A stretch of 26,143 nt of DNA, taken from positions 1 to 26,143 of the forward strand of contig CAXNNI010000001.1 in assembly GCA_964203715.1 (NCBI GenBank). The letters run 5' to 3'. The position numbers were made by a program, and so were the translations under genes. Below, in pieces: positions 8,031-18,180 of this stretch (position 1 is the stretch's first letter; the number at the start of each line of letters is the position of its first letter). The stretch is from Gammaproteobacteria bacterium. GTDB lineage: Bacteria > Pseudomonadota > Gammaproteobacteria > Poriferisulfidales > GCA-002705445. The notes beneath the pieces are model-generated. The model saw only the letters and a program-made list of their open reading frames with translations. It searched no databases and was not told the DNA's origin.

Positions 8031-9404
8031 ATGATTGAAAAAAAACATATAAAGTACTTTAAAAAGCTATTGCCTGATAATTTTGTTTTTTATGAGCCAG
8101 GTGATTGTTGGTCATATGGATATGATAATAGTAAAATTCATGTAACACCTGATTGCGTATTATTTGTTAATAATAAAATTCAAATAAAAGATATCATTTC
8201 ATATTGCTATGAAAATTCTATTTGTATTTCTACTAGAGGAAGAGGCACAGGTAATACAGGTGGATCAGTACCAACAGATAATTCAATTGTCTTGTCACTA
8301 GAAAAAATGAATAAAATTTTAAGTATTGATATAAATAATAGAATTGCAATTGTAGAACCAGGAGTAATAAATAAAGTTTTGCAAGATTTGCTTTATGAAA
8401 AAAAATTTTTTTGGCCTCCAGATCCTTCTAGTCAAGAATACTCTACAATAGGTGGTAATATTGCAAATAATAGCGCAGGACCTCGCGCTATAAAATACGG
8501 AACACCACGAGATAATATTCTAGGCTTAGAATTTATATCTGGTACTGGTGAAATACATAAAGCTGGGGTCAAAACTTCAAAAGGTGTTGTAGGTTTAGAC
8601 TTAACAAGACTATTTGTAGGTTCTGAAGGAACATTAGGAGTACTAACAGAAGCAACTTTAAAAATTCTTCCTATTCATAATACTATAAAAACAATAGAAA
8701 TTGTATTCGAAAATATTTCCCATGCAGTAGAGACAATTATAAATTTAATGACTCAACCTATAACACCATACAAATTAGAATTTGTAGATTACGAATCTAT
8801 AAAATTAATTAACGAAATAAAAAAAAATCATTATGATTCAAATGCAAGAGCGGCTATTCTTTTAGAAATAGATGGAGATAATAAGTATATTGAATTAATA
8901 TTAAATGCCATTATAAGTATTATAAAAAAAACTAAATATTTTAAGATTAATATAGCAAACGATGCAGAAGAAGTAGAAAAATTATGGGCAGCAAGAAAAT
9001 CTTTATCTCCAGCCTTGAGAAAAATCGGTGGTTATAAAATAAACGAAGATATTGTAGTTCCAATTTCAAATCTAGCAGAGCTTTTTTACAAGCTTGAATT
9101 GTTATCAAAAAAATATAATATCAAAATAGTTAATTTTGGACATGCTGGAAACGGAAATATACATGTAAATCTTTTATTTAAAACCAAAGAAGAAAAAGAA
9201 TCAATTAATGCCACTAATTGCTTAGATAAAATATTTGATCTAGTATTAAATCTAGAAGGAACGATTAGTGGTGAGCATGGTATAGGGATTATCAAAAAAA
9301 ATTATTTGATAAAAGAAATTAATAAAGAGACTTTAACTCTTATGAGAAATATTAAAAATCAATTTGATCCTAAAAATATTTTAAATCCTAATAAATCTAT
9401 TTAA
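8031..9404 (+). CDS. FAD-linked oxidase/dehydrogenase, GlcD / D-lactate / D-2-hydroxyglutarate dehydrogenase family
   Basis: RGRGTGNTGGS, VEPGVIN, PPDPSSQEYSTIGGNIANNSAGPRAIKYG, GSEGTLGVLTEATLK, GHAGNGNIH, GEHGIG and FDPKNILNPNK. Substrate cannot be assigned from sequence alone. Confidence 0.9.
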   Translation: MIEKKHIKYFKKLLPDNFVFYEPGDCWSYGYDNSKIHVTPDCVLFVNNKIQIKDIISYCYENSICISTRGRGTGNTGGSVPTDNSIVLSLEKMNKILSIDINNRIAIVEPGVINKVLQDLLYEKKFFWPPDPSSQEYSTIGGNIANNSAGPRAIKYGTPRDNILGLEFISGTGEIHKAGVKTSKGVVGLDLTRLFVGSEGTLGVLTEATLKILPIHNTIKTIEIVFENISHAVETIINLMTQPITPYKLEFVDYESIKLINEIKKNHYDSNARAAILLEIDGDNKYIELILNAIISIIKKTKYFKINIANDAEEVEKLWAARKSLSPALRKIGGYKINEDIVVPISNLAELFYKLELLSKKYNIKIVNFGHAGNGNIHVNLLFKTKEEKESINATNCLDKIFDLVLNLEGTISGEHGIGIIKKNYLIKEINKETLTLMRNIKNQFDPKNILNPNKSI

Positions 9405-10017
9405 AATAATTATTTCTTATTTCTTCCTCTTGCTCTGATAAATTTTCAAAAAAAGAATTTCTTTGAAATACTCTTGCTGCATATTTTAAAAGTATACTAG
9501 ATTCTTTTTCGAGTAAATCTATACCATATTCTGGAAGTCGCCATAATATTGGAGCCATGCTACAATCAACGATACTAAAATCATTACTTAAAAAATATTT
9601 ATTACCTTGAATAAAATCTATAGAAAACATAAGATTTTCTTTCAATTTTTTTTTAGCAAAATTTGATTTTTTTTCATTATTTAGTTTTATATCATCTAAC
9701 AATCCATATAGGTCTTTTTCTATGTAATGTAACACCATTCTTGTTTTAGCTCTGACTACAGGATCAACTGGCATTAACGGTGGGTGAGGAAATCTTTCAT
9801 CGAGATACTCCATTATTATTTTAGGCTCATATAAAACTAAATTTCTATCAACAAAGGTTGGTGTTAGATAATTTGGGTTTAGAGTCATAAGATCTTCATT
9901 TTTTTCCCCGTCATACACATTTACAACGTTAAATGTTAAATCTTTCTCTCCTAAAACTATTCTCACCCTGTGAGATTGGGCGCTACATGGATCTGAGTAA
10001 AGTGTCATGGTATGCAT
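9397..10017 (-). CDS. sspA: Stringent starvation protein A (GST-like fold)
   Basis: MTLYSDP..SHRVRIVL.EK, LNPNYLTPTFVDRNLVLYE..IIMEYLDERFPHPPLMPVDPVVRA and DCSMAPILWRL. It lies downstream of petC. The start may be 10008. Confidence 0.95.
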   Translation of the reverse strand: MHTMTLYSDPCSAQSHRVRIVLGEKDLTFNVVNVYDGEKNEDLMTLNPNYLTPTFVDRNLVLYEPKIIMEYLDERFPHPPLMPVDPVVRAKTRMVLHYIEKDLYGLLDDIKLNNEKKSNFAKKKLKENLMFSIDFIQGNKYFLSNDFSIVDCSMAPILWRLPEYGIDLLEKESSILLKYAARVFQRNSFFENLSEQEEEIRNNYFK

Positions 10018-10043
10018 ATTTATTTGCCTTTAATTTTTATCTA

Positions 10044-10775
10044 TTATTTTACATCATTCCAGTATTCTTTCTTAGTATAATAAGCAACTATCGAAAAAAT
10101 AAATAAAAATATAAGAACCCAAACCCCTATTGATTGTCTTTTTAGTTTCGCTGGTTCCGATACATATACTAAGAAATTATTAATATCATTAGTTAGCTCT
10201 ATGTATTCTTTTTTATTCAAAGTTCCTTTAGAAAGAATTTCAAACCCAAGTGGATTATTTTCTTTATCTATTTTAACATTTTGTTCTCCTTGAAGAGATA
10301 CTAAAACATGTGGCATTACAGTATTAGGATAGGTCAAATTGTTAAAACCGGTACTTTTAGCATCATCAATGTAATAAGTATTTAATAAAGAAAAAACATA
10401 ATCTTGGCCTTTTGATCTTGAAACTAAACTTAAATCTGGTGGAATAGCTTCAAACCATTCTGCTGCATCTGAAGAATTCATTGCTATTGTCATTGTTTCT
10501 CCAATTTTTTTATCAGAAAAATTTAAATTCATCAAAAAAGATTCTTCGTCTATTCCTAAATCACTAGCTAGCGTTTTAATTCTCATGTATTTTAAAGAAT
10601 GACACCCACTACAATAATTAACAAAATATTTTGCCCCTCTTTGTAAAGAGGCTTTATTATTAATATTATTATCAGCTTTATATTTTAAAAGCAGTTCATT
10701 TTTTTCTTCAGCTGCATATGAAAAATTAATACTTAATAATAATATTAAAAAAAAAATTATTTTTTTAATCATCAT
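10044..10775 (-). CDS. petC: Cytochrome c1 of the bc1 complex
   Basis: Signal peptide, SLQRGAKYFVNYCSGCHSLKY (CxxCH), PPDLSL, MPHVL and a C-terminal TM anchor ending KKEYWNDVK. Confidence 0.97.
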   Translation of the reverse strand: MMIKKIIFFLILLLSINFSYAAEEKNELLLKYKADNNINNKASLQRGAKYFVNYCSGCHSLKYMRIKTLASDLGIDEESFLMNLNFSDKKIGETMTIAMNSSDAAEWFEAIPPDLSLVSRSKGQDYVFSLLNTYYIDDAKSTGFNNLTYPNTVMPHVLVSLQGEQNVKIDKENNPLGFEILSKGTLNKKEYIELTNDINNFLVYVSEPAKLKRQSIGVWVLIFLFIFSIVAYYTKKEYWNDVK

Positions 10776-12169
10776 GGTGTCAACCTATTAGGTACTTCTT
10801 TTTCCCGATTAAGATTCGTATAAATAGGAGAAAGTGTCATAAAAGCTACAAATATACATATAATTAAAAGACTTATTAAAATTGATATGTAATTATTACT
10901 ATCAACTCTCATTAAATCGTATATTACTATTAAAATAATCAAAATTCCTGAAAAGGAATAACTAAAAATCTTTTCTCTTGGCTTGCTATAAAAATAAGAT
11001 AGAATAAAAAAAATAAAATATATTTCGCTAAACCTTAAAGCTAAAACATTGTATAACGGAGTTGGCGCCTTAACTCCTAAATATCCTAAAATTAAAAAGC
11101 TAATAACAAATACAAAAAGATTTATTTTAAACAATATACTTCGGTATCTGATCGATTTAACTGGATTTTTATCTATCCACGGTAAAAAAAATAAAACTAT
11201 AATAGATAAAGCCATCGCAAGAGCACCATATGCTGGATCAGGGATTGCTCTTAAAATTGAATAAAAAGGAGTGAAATACCAAACTGGCGCAATATGCTCT
11301 GGAGTAACTAAAGGATTTGCAGGTATAAAATTAGCATGCTCTAAAAAAAATCCTCCCATTTCAGGAATAAAAAATATTATTAAAGCAAATAAAAATAAAA
11401 AAACCCCTATTCCTACAAAATCTTTTACAGTGTAATAAGGGTGAAAAGGTATACCATCTAGAGGAATTCCATTGGCATCTTTATTTTTCTTTATTTCAAT
11501 ACCATCAGGATTATTTGAGCCTACAGTATGTAATGCAGATAAGTGTAATATAACTAGTAATAAGATAACCATTGGAACAGCAACTATATGTAAAGCAAAA
11601 AACCTTGTTAAAGTTGGATCAGATATTGCAAAGTCTCCTCTAATCCAAATACCAAGTTCAGGTCCTATGAATGGTATTGTAGTAAAAAGATTTATAATTA
11701 CTTGAGCACCCCAATAAGACATCTGGCCCCATGGCAACAGATAACCCATAAAAGCTTCTGCCATTAATGCTATATATATAAAAACACCAAATAACCATAA
11801 TAATTCTCTTGGGTTTTTATAAGAACCGTACATTAATGCTCTAAACATATGAAGATAAATAACTATAAAAAAAGCTGAAGCTCCCGTCGAATGCATGTAT
11901 CTAATTAACCAGCCTAAGTTAACATCTCTCATAATATATTCTACAGAATCAAAAGCTAAATTTGCATCTGGTTTATAATGCATAGCTAAAAAAATACCTG
12001 TAAATATCTGTATAAATAAAATTAAAAAAGCTAAAGAACCAAAGAAATACCAAAAATTAAAATTTTTAGGTGTGTAATAGTGTGTTAAATGGTTTCGAAT
12101 AAAACTTAAAATAGGCAGTCTTTCATCTATCCAGCTTATCACTCCAGTTGATTTATTTTTATCATCCAT
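10772..12169 (-). CDS. petB: Cytochrome b of the bc1 complex, with a C-terminal hydrophobic insert
   Basis: WYFFGS, GWLIRYMHSTGAS, GYLLPWGQMSYWGA.VI, LTRFFALH, HLSALH, HPYYTVKD and PEHIAPVWYF. Confidence 0.98.
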   Translation of the reverse strand: MDDKNKSTGVISWIDERLPILSFIRNHLTHYYTPKNFNFWYFFGSLAFLILFIQIFTGIFLAMHYKPDANLAFDSVEYIMRDVNLGWLIRYMHSTGASAFFIVIYLHMFRALMYGSYKNPRELLWLFGVFIYIALMAEAFMGYLLPWGQMSYWGAQVIINLFTTIPFIGPELGIWIRGDFAISDPTLTRFFALHIVAVPMVILLLVILHLSALHTVGSNNPDGIEIKKNKDANGIPLDGIPFHPYYTVKDFVGIGVFLFLFALIIFFIPEMGGFFLEHANFIPANPLVTPEHIAPVWYFTPFYSILRAIPDPAYGALAMALSIIVLFFLPWIDKNPVKSIRYRSILFKINLFVFVISFLILGYLGVKAPTPLYNVLALRFSEIYFIFFILSYFYSKPREKIFSYSFSGILIILIVIYDLMRVDSNNYISILISLLIICIFVAFMTLSPIYTNLNREKEVPNRLTP

Positions 12170-12180
12170 TACTAAATTAG

Positions 12181-12762
12181 CTAACCTTTTTTAGTTTCAC
12201 TTATTTTTGGTAACTCTCCAATAACTATAGTGTTTTCATCTTGAAATCTATATGGAGGAACTTTTAAATTTGCCCCAGCTGGACTTCCATTTTCGACTTT
12301 TCCCGCTAGATCAAAAGATGAACCGTGACATGCACAAAAAAATTTATTTTTAGAAAGTTGAAATGCCGGATTACACCCAAGGTGGGTACAAACTCCCTCT
12401 AAAACTAAAATCTCAGGTTTTAAAGACCTATATTTATTTTTTGCAAATTCTGGCTGTTGTTCTGTGTTTTCTGACATAGCATCCTTATATTTTTTTTCAT
12501 CAGTATTGATGCTAGCTAACATGGATTCTGTCCTTTTTACAATCCAAATAGGCTTTTTTCTCCATATTAAGTCAATTTTTTCGCCATTTTTTAATTCACT
12601 AATATCAACTTTTACAGGTGCTCCTGAAGCTTTAGCTTCCGAAGAAGGAGACATTGATGACAAAAATGGCCATAATGTTACTGCTGTTCCAGTTCCTCCT
12701 AGAAACTTTAAAGTCCCAGTTAAAAATTTTCTTCTATGATTATCAGAGTTATTGGTAGACAT
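12181..12762 (-). CDS. petA: Rieske Fe-S subunit of the bc1 complex
   Basis: Tat motif RRKFL, box I CTHLGC and box II CACHGS. Confidence 0.97.
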   Translation of the reverse strand: MSTNNSDNHRRKFLTGTLKFLGGTGTAVTLWPFLSSMSPSSEAKASGAPVKVDISELKNGEKIDLIWRKKPIWIVKRTESMLASINTDEKKYKDAMSENTEQQPEFAKNKYRSLKPEILVLEGVCTHLGCNPAFQLSKNKFFCACHGSSFDLAGKVENGSPAGANLKVPPYRFQDENTIVIGELPKISETKKG

Positions 12763-12848
12763 TAATAATTTCCTTGTTTTTTCTTATCTAAATTAAAATT
12801 AATAAAATGAATTCTATCATAATGAAATATTTTTTTTCTACAAAATTT

Positions 12849-13928
12849 CTAATTTACTGAATTTTTTAAAGATTGTATAAATTTTTCATTTTCACTTTGA
12901 GAGCCAACTGTAACTCTCATGCAGTTTACTAAACCAGGTGAATTCGTCATATTTTTTACTAAAATATTATCTGAGAGGAGCTTAGTATAAACTTCGTTAG
13001 ATGAACCCTTAGTTACCCTAAATAAAATGAAATTTGCATCACTATTGTATACTATTAAATTTTTAATATTTTTCATTTCTTCAAGCATTAATCCTCTATT
13101 CTTAATTAGTCTATTTATTTGATCATTAAGAGTTTTATTATCTATATATAACTCACATATTTTTTGGGATACAGAGTTAACGTTAAAAGGAAGTCTTAAT
13201 TTATTAAAATTTTTTATTAATGTTTTTTCTCCAAATAAGTAACCTAAACGTAAACCCGCAAGCCCGATCTTAGAAAAAGTTTTCATGACAAGCAAATTAT
13301 CATTTTTTTCTATTTCATTAACAAAAGACTTTCCTGAAAAAGCACTATATGCCTCATCTAAAACAACAACACCGTTTGTTTTATTTAATATTAAATTAAT
13401 ATTATCTTTTTTCCATAGATTTCCAGTTGGGTTATTTGGATATGCTAAAAAAATTATTGCAGGATTTAATTCTTCAATTTTATTTACCATTAAGTCCATA
13501 TCAAGTGAAAAATCATCTAATAATGGGACTTCTTCATATTTTAACCCTAAAACTTCGGATATTTTTTTGTACATACTAAATGTTGGCTTTGGAAAAAGTA
13601 AAATATTTTCTGGTTTTAAAAAAGCTAAACATATAAGCTGAATTAACTCATCTGAACCATTTCCAATTATAGAATCTATATTTTCTGTAAGACCATAATA
13701 TTTATGCAAAGTGATTTTTAAGTTTTCACAATTAGATTGAGGATATCTATTTAAATTAACATTACTTTCAACAGTCTCTATATCTTCACTAAATGTTTTA
13801 AATTTAACTAATAAATCATATGGATTTTCCATTGCATCTAACTTAATCATTCCCTCGGAATATGGAATTTCATATTCACCTAAAAGATTTATATCTTTTC
13901 TTAAAAAATTATAAATTTTACTATTCAA
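12849..13928 (-). CDS. hisC: Histidinol-phosphate aminotransferase
   Basis: KLDAMENPY, GNGSDELIQ, PNNPTGN, DEAY and the PLP-lysine motif KTFSKIGLAGLRLGY. Confidence 0.95.
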   Translation of the reverse strand: MNSKIYNFLRKDINLLGEYEIPYSEGMIKLDAMENPYDLLVKFKTFSEDIETVESNVNLNRYPQSNCENLKITLHKYYGLTENIDSIIGNGSDELIQLICLAFLKPENILLFPKPTFSMYKKISEVLGLKYEEVPLLDDFSLDMDLMVNKIEELNPAIIFLAYPNNPTGNLWKKDNINLILNKTNGVVVLDEAYSAFSGKSFVNEIEKNDNLLVMKTFSKIGLAGLRLGYLFGEKTLIKNFNKLRLPFNVNSVSQKICELYIDNKTLNDQINRLIKNRGLMLEEMKNIKNLIVYNSDANFILFRVTKGSSNEVYTKLLSDNILVKNMTNSPGLVNCMRVTVGSQSENEKFIQSLKNSVN

Positions 13929-15234
13929 TACTTTTATCCTCTAAATTTCTTAAAATCGCCGACTCTTTATGAGAATATAAACCTTCCGCTTTCGCTAAAA
14001 TTGAAGCGTGTTGGGATAATATTTTTAAAGATTTCTTAGAGCATTGAATTATATTTGATCTTTTTTGAAAATCATAAACACCTAAAGGAGAAGAGTACTT
14101 AGCCGTACCCATTGTTGGTAAAACATGATTGGTACCAACACAGTAATCACCAAAAACTTCAGGACTATTCTCATTTAAAAAAATAGCACCAGCATTTTCA
14201 ATTTTATCTATATATTTTTTACTATTTTTTATTGATAACTGTAAATGTTCTGGAGCCAAAAAATTTGAAATTTCTATAGCTTCATTGATATTTTTTACAT
14301 TAATTAATATCCCAAAATTATTTAAAGATGATTCAATAATATCTTTTCTTTTTAAATCCAAAATTTTTTTTGCCATATGAATTTCAACTTTTTTTAATAA
14401 ATTTTTATCTGGAGATATTAATATAGATTGCGCTAGTTTATCATGCTCTGCTTGTGCAAATAAATCTGAAACAAGCCATGAGATATTTGCTGAAGAATCT
14501 GCTATTACTAATATTTCTGATGGACCAGCGAAATTATCTATACCAACTTCCCCATATAGTTGTTTTTTTGCTTCTGCTACAAAATGATTTCCAGGTCCTA
14601 CAATTTTATACACTTTTGGAATAGTTTTTGTTCCATAAGCCAGAGCTGCTATTGCGTGAGCACCACCAACCCTAAATATTCGATCAACTCCACCTAGACA
14701 TGCAGCGGCTAAAACCATATCACTAACTTCTCCTTTTGGTGAAGAAACGACCATAATAATCTCTTTTACACCAGCAATTTTTGCAGGTATTGAGTTCATT
14801 AAGACACTTGATGGATAAACAGCAGAACCGCCAGGAACATAAATACCAACTTTACCTATTGGCGTTATTTTTTCGCCTACTTTAATTCCTTCTTTAGTAT
14901 ACGTCCATGACTTAAGTTTTTGATTTAAAGAAAATTCTTTAATTCTTTTTTTTGAAAATTTTAATGCTCTTATTTCATTCTTTGTAATTCTTTCAAAAGC
15001 TGAAAAAAATTGTTTTTTAGGTATTTCAAATTCTTTAGCATCTTTTACAAAAAATTTATCGAATTGTCCTGAAAACTTAACTAATGCATTATCACCATTT
15101 TCTCTAACCTCTGAAATAATTTTTTTTACGTTTATTTTAATACTAGCAGAACTGAATTTTCTCTGTGAAACAATATTTTGTAATTTCTTAAAGAAATTTT
15201 TTTCTATAGAACTTATTTTTTTTATTTTAAGCAT
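13921..15234 (-). CDS. hisD: Histidinol dehydrogenase
   Basis: GIYVPGG, PAKIAGV, GPGNHFVAEAK, AGPSEIL, DLFAQAEHD, APEHL, GDYCVGTNHVLPT and EGL..H. Confidence 0.97.
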   Translation of the reverse strand: MLKIKKISSIEKNFFKKLQNIVSQRKFSSASIKINVKKIISEVRENGDNALVKFSGQFDKFFVKDAKEFEIPKKQFFSAFERITKNEIRALKFSKKRIKEFSLNQKLKSWTYTKEGIKVGEKITPIGKVGIYVPGGSAVYPSSVLMNSIPAKIAGVKEIIMVVSSPKGEVSDMVLAAACLGGVDRIFRVGGAHAIAALAYGTKTIPKVYKIVGPGNHFVAEAKKQLYGEVGIDNFAGPSEILVIADSSANISWLVSDLFAQAEHDKLAQSILISPDKNLLKKVEIHMAKKILDLKRKDIIESSLNNFGILINVKNINEAIEISNFLAPEHLQLSIKNSKKYIDKIENAGAIFLNENSPEVFGDYCVGTNHVLPTMGTAKYSSPLGVYDFQKRSNIIQCSKKSLKILSQHASILAKAEGLYSHKESAILRNLEDKSIE

Positions 15235-16285
15235 TAATTCTTCTTTTTTTTATTGCTTCAGATAGCTTATATATAGTTTTTTCTGTATCTTGCCATCCAA
15301 TACATGCATCAGTAACACTTTTTCCATAAATAAGATTTTTATCATTAATATCCTGACTACCTTCAATAAGATTACTTTCTATCATTAACCCTTTAATTCT
15401 CATATCACCTTTACTTAATTGACTAGACAAATCATCAATAACAAGCACTTGTTTTTTAAAATCTTTCGAACTATTTGCATGACTACAATCAACAATAATT
15501 CTTTGCGGTAAATTTGCCTTTTCTAGTCGTGCTGAAACTTCATCAATACTTTTTTCGTCATAATTAACTTTATTTAATCCACCTCTAAGTATAGTGTGAC
15601 AATAAAAATTTCCGCTAGTTGAAAAAATTGCAGATTTACCTTTTTTAGTAACGGAAAGAAAGTGATGTGCGCATGAAGCAGACTTTATTGCATCAAATAC
15701 AATTTGTAAATTACCATCTGTGCCATTTTTAAAACCCACTGGACATGAAAGTCCTGATGCAAGCTCTCTATGACACTGACTTTCTGTAGTTCTCGCACCA
15801 ATAGCCCCCCAACAAATAAGATCTGATATATATTGTGGACTTATTAAATCCAAGTACTCGGTTCCTGGCGATATACCCAAATCAATAATATCTAATAAAA
15901 GTTTTCTCCCTATTCTTATTCCCTCGTTTACTTTAAAACTTCCATCTAACATAGGATCATTAATTAAACCTTTCCAACCTATAGTTGTTCTTGGTTTTTC
16001 AAAATATACTCTCATTATGATAAATATATTCTCGGATACTTCATGTGATATTTCTTTTAATTTTTTTGCATATTCTATTGCTGCAATTGGATCATGTATT
16101 GAACATGGGCCAACTACAATAAAAATTCTATTATCATTTCCATCAAGTATATTCTCAATAGTCCTTCTTGAATTTAAAACCGTATTAACTGCCATTTCTT
16201 TTAAAGGTAACTCTCTTCTCACTTCTTCAGGCGTACTTAACTCTTGGATTTTGATTATTCTTAAATCATCTGTTTTAGAAATCAT
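15227..16285 (-). CDS. aroG: Class I-alpha DAHP synthase, AroG-like
   Basis: DDLRI, VVGPCSIHDP, MRVYFEKPRTTIGWKGLINDP, WGAIGARTTESQ.HRELASGLSCPVGFKN, DCSHANS and GKSVTDACIGW. DDLRI and SGLSC resemble the Phe-sensitive isozyme; effector specificity is an inference. Confidence 0.93.
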   Translation of the reverse strand: MISKTDDLRIIKIQELSTPEEVRRELPLKEMAVNTVLNSRRTIENILDGNDNRIFIVVGPCSIHDPIAAIEYAKKLKEISHEVSENIFIIMRVYFEKPRTTIGWKGLINDPMLDGSFKVNEGIRIGRKLLLDIIDLGISPGTEYLDLISPQYISDLICWGAIGARTTESQCHRELASGLSCPVGFKNGTDGNLQIVFDAIKSASCAHHFLSVTKKGKSAIFSTSGNFYCHTILRGGLNKVNYDEKSIDEVSARLEKANLPQRIIVDCSHANSSKDFKKQVLVIDDLSSQLSKGDMRIKGLMIESNLIEGSQDINDKNLIYGKSVTDACIGWQDTEKTIYKLSEAIKKRRINA

Positions 16286-16294
16286 AATTTTTCT

Positions 16295-16924
16295 CTAAAT
16301 AATTTTTTCAAAAGCTCTAATTATATTCTCTATGGATTCTGCTTTTGTTTTCATAGAAGCTTTATTAATTACTAATTGAGCACTTATGTCAAAAATAGAA
16401 TCAACTTCCTTTAAACCATTAGCTTGCAAAGTTTTACCACTGTCTACCAAGTCAACAATAAAGTCAGCTAAACCAAGTATTGGGGCTAATTCCATTGATC
16501 CATAAAGTTTTATTATATCAACTTGTTTCTTTTTTTTAATAAAATAATCTGTTGTACATTTTACATATTTTGTTGCTACTTTTATTCTTAAGCCTGGATT
16601 GCAATTTGGTAAAGACGCTAAGACCATTCTACATTTTGCTATATTAAGATCCAATGGAACATATATATTATTCAAACTATTTTCAAGCAAAGTATCTTTA
16701 CCTACTATTCCAATGTCCGCAGCGCCATTACTTACATATGTTGGCACATCAAAGGCTCTAACTATTACTATTTTTAAATTATCATTATTTGTTTTATAAA
16801 TTAATTTTCTTGAATCACTGATATTTTCAAGTGTTCTTATGCTCATTTTACTGAGAAGATTTGTTGCATCCAATAAAATTCTTCCCTTTGAAATAGCTAT
16901 TACAATATTATCTTCTAAATTCAT
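16295..16924 (-). CDS. hisG: ATP phosphoribosyltransferase, short form (HisZ-dependent)
   Basis: [61 protein letters not shown]. It is 209 aa with no C-terminal regulatory domain. Confidence 0.96.
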   Translation of the reverse strand: MNLEDNIVIAISKGRILLDATNLLSKMSIRTLENISDSRKLIYKTNNDNLKIVIVRAFDVPTYVSNGAADIGIVGKDTLLENSLNNIYVPLDLNIAKCRMVLASLPNCNPGLRIKVATKYVKCTTDYFIKKKKQVDIIKLYGSMELAPILGLADFIVDLVDSGKTLQANGLKEVDSIFDISAQLVINKASMKTKAESIENIIRAFEKII

Positions 16925-18177
16925 TTTGGTAATCTCTTTATACTTGCTCCAAGTTTTCCTAATTTTTCTTCAATACACTCATAGCCTCTATCTATATGAT
17001 AAATTCTATCAATAGTTGTCTCACCCTTAGCAGCTAATCCAGCTAATACTAAACTTGCTGAAGCTCTAAGATCAGTTGCCATTACAGGCGCTCCTATTAA
17101 ACTTTTAACTCCTTTGATAACTGCAATATTGCCATGAACTTCAATATTTGCTCCCATTCTTATCAGTTCCTGTACATGCATAAATCTATTTTCAAATACT
17201 GATTCTTCAACCTTACTGTTTCCTTTAGAAACTGAATTTAATGCAACGAATTGAGCTTGCATATCAGTTGGAAAATCTGGGTAAGGCTTAGTAATAATAT
17301 TTATGGGATTTAACTTTGATTTTACATCTATTCGAATAATATCATTTTTAATCTCTATACTAGCGCCTGCTCTTTTTAATTTATCAATAATAATTTTTAT
17401 TGTATCTGGTCTGCAATGTGTCAAAGTGAGATTGCCTCTAGTAATTGCAGCTGCAACTAAGAATGTTGATGCTTCAATTCTATCTGGCAATACTTCATAG
17501 TTACAACCTTTTAATTTTTTTACACCTTCAATTGTTATAACTGAAGATCCGTCTCCACTAATTAATGCCCCCATTAATCTCAAGCAATTTGCCAAATCAA
17601 CTATTTCTGGTTCTTTAGCAGCATTCTTTATAACTGTTTTTCCTACTGCTAATGTTGCAGCCATCATTATATTTTCTGTTCCAGTTACTGAAGTTATAGG
17701 AAAAAATATTTTAGCTCCTTTAAGTTTTTTAGCTTTTGCAAGTATATAACCATCTATGACTTTAATATTAGCACCCATAGCTTTCAAGCCTTCGATATGA
17801 AAATTTACTGGTCTTGATCCAATAGCACAACCACCAGGCAAAGATACTTTTGCTTCTCCATATTTAGCAAGAAGAGGTCCAAGAACGAGAATAGAAGCTC
17901 GCATTGTTTTTACCATTTCATATGGAGCATAACACTTGTTAATAAAAGAAGTATTTACACTTACCTTCATTTTCTCATCAACAGATAAACTAGCTCCCAT
18001 TTCGCTTAGAAGAGAAATAGTTGTAGTCACATCCTGTAAATGAGGAACATTACTGATAATTACTTCTTCTTTTGTTAATATACTTGCAGATAAGATGGGT
18101 AAAACAGAATTTTTTGCCCCAGATATTCGAACAATACCAGTTAAAGGAACACCTCCATTTATCAATAATTTTTCCAT
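16921..18177 (-). CDS. murA: UDP-N-acetylglucosamine 1-carboxyvinyltransferase
   Basis: [29 protein letters not shown] (active-site Cys), [29 protein letters not shown] and HIDRGYE. Confidence 0.99.
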   Translation of the reverse strand: MEKLLINGGVPLTGIVRISGAKNSVLPILSASILTKEEVIISNVPHLQDVTTTISLLSEMGASLSVDEKMKVSVNTSFINKCYAPYEMVKTMRASILVLGPLLAKYGEAKVSLPGGCAIGSRPVNFHIEGLKAMGANIKVIDGYILAKAKKLKGAKIFFPITSVTGTENIMMAATLAVGKTVIKNAAKEPEIVDLANCLRLMGALISGDGSSVITIEGVKKLKGCNYEVLPDRIEASTFLVAAAITRGNLTLTHCRPDTIKIIIDKLKRAGASIEIKNDIIRIDVKSKLNPINIITKPYPDFPTDMQAQFVALNSVSKGNSKVEESVFENRFMHVQELIRMGANIEVHGNIAVIKGVKSLIGAPVMATDLRASASLVLAGLAAKGETTIDRIYHIDRGYECIEEKLGKLGASIKRLPK

Positions 18178-18180
18178 TAT

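Noticed and set aside
11270-11300. PVWY instead of PEWY at the cytochrome b Qo site
   Set aside because: This is a known variant in beta- and gamma-proteobacterial cytochrome b.
16742-16757. Sigma-54-like TGGCAC-N5-AGGC
   Set aside because: It lies inside hisG on the opposite strand, has a poor -12, and no downstream gene. A similar near-match within rnpB is off by one base.
90-16924. Possible TGA recoding (code 4/25), given the low GC
   Set aside because: TGA terminates genes at ATGA overlaps, genes are full length under code 11, and Trp is encoded by TGG where I checked.
16295-16924. hisG appears truncated
   Set aside because: It is the normal short form that works with HisZ encoded elsewhere.
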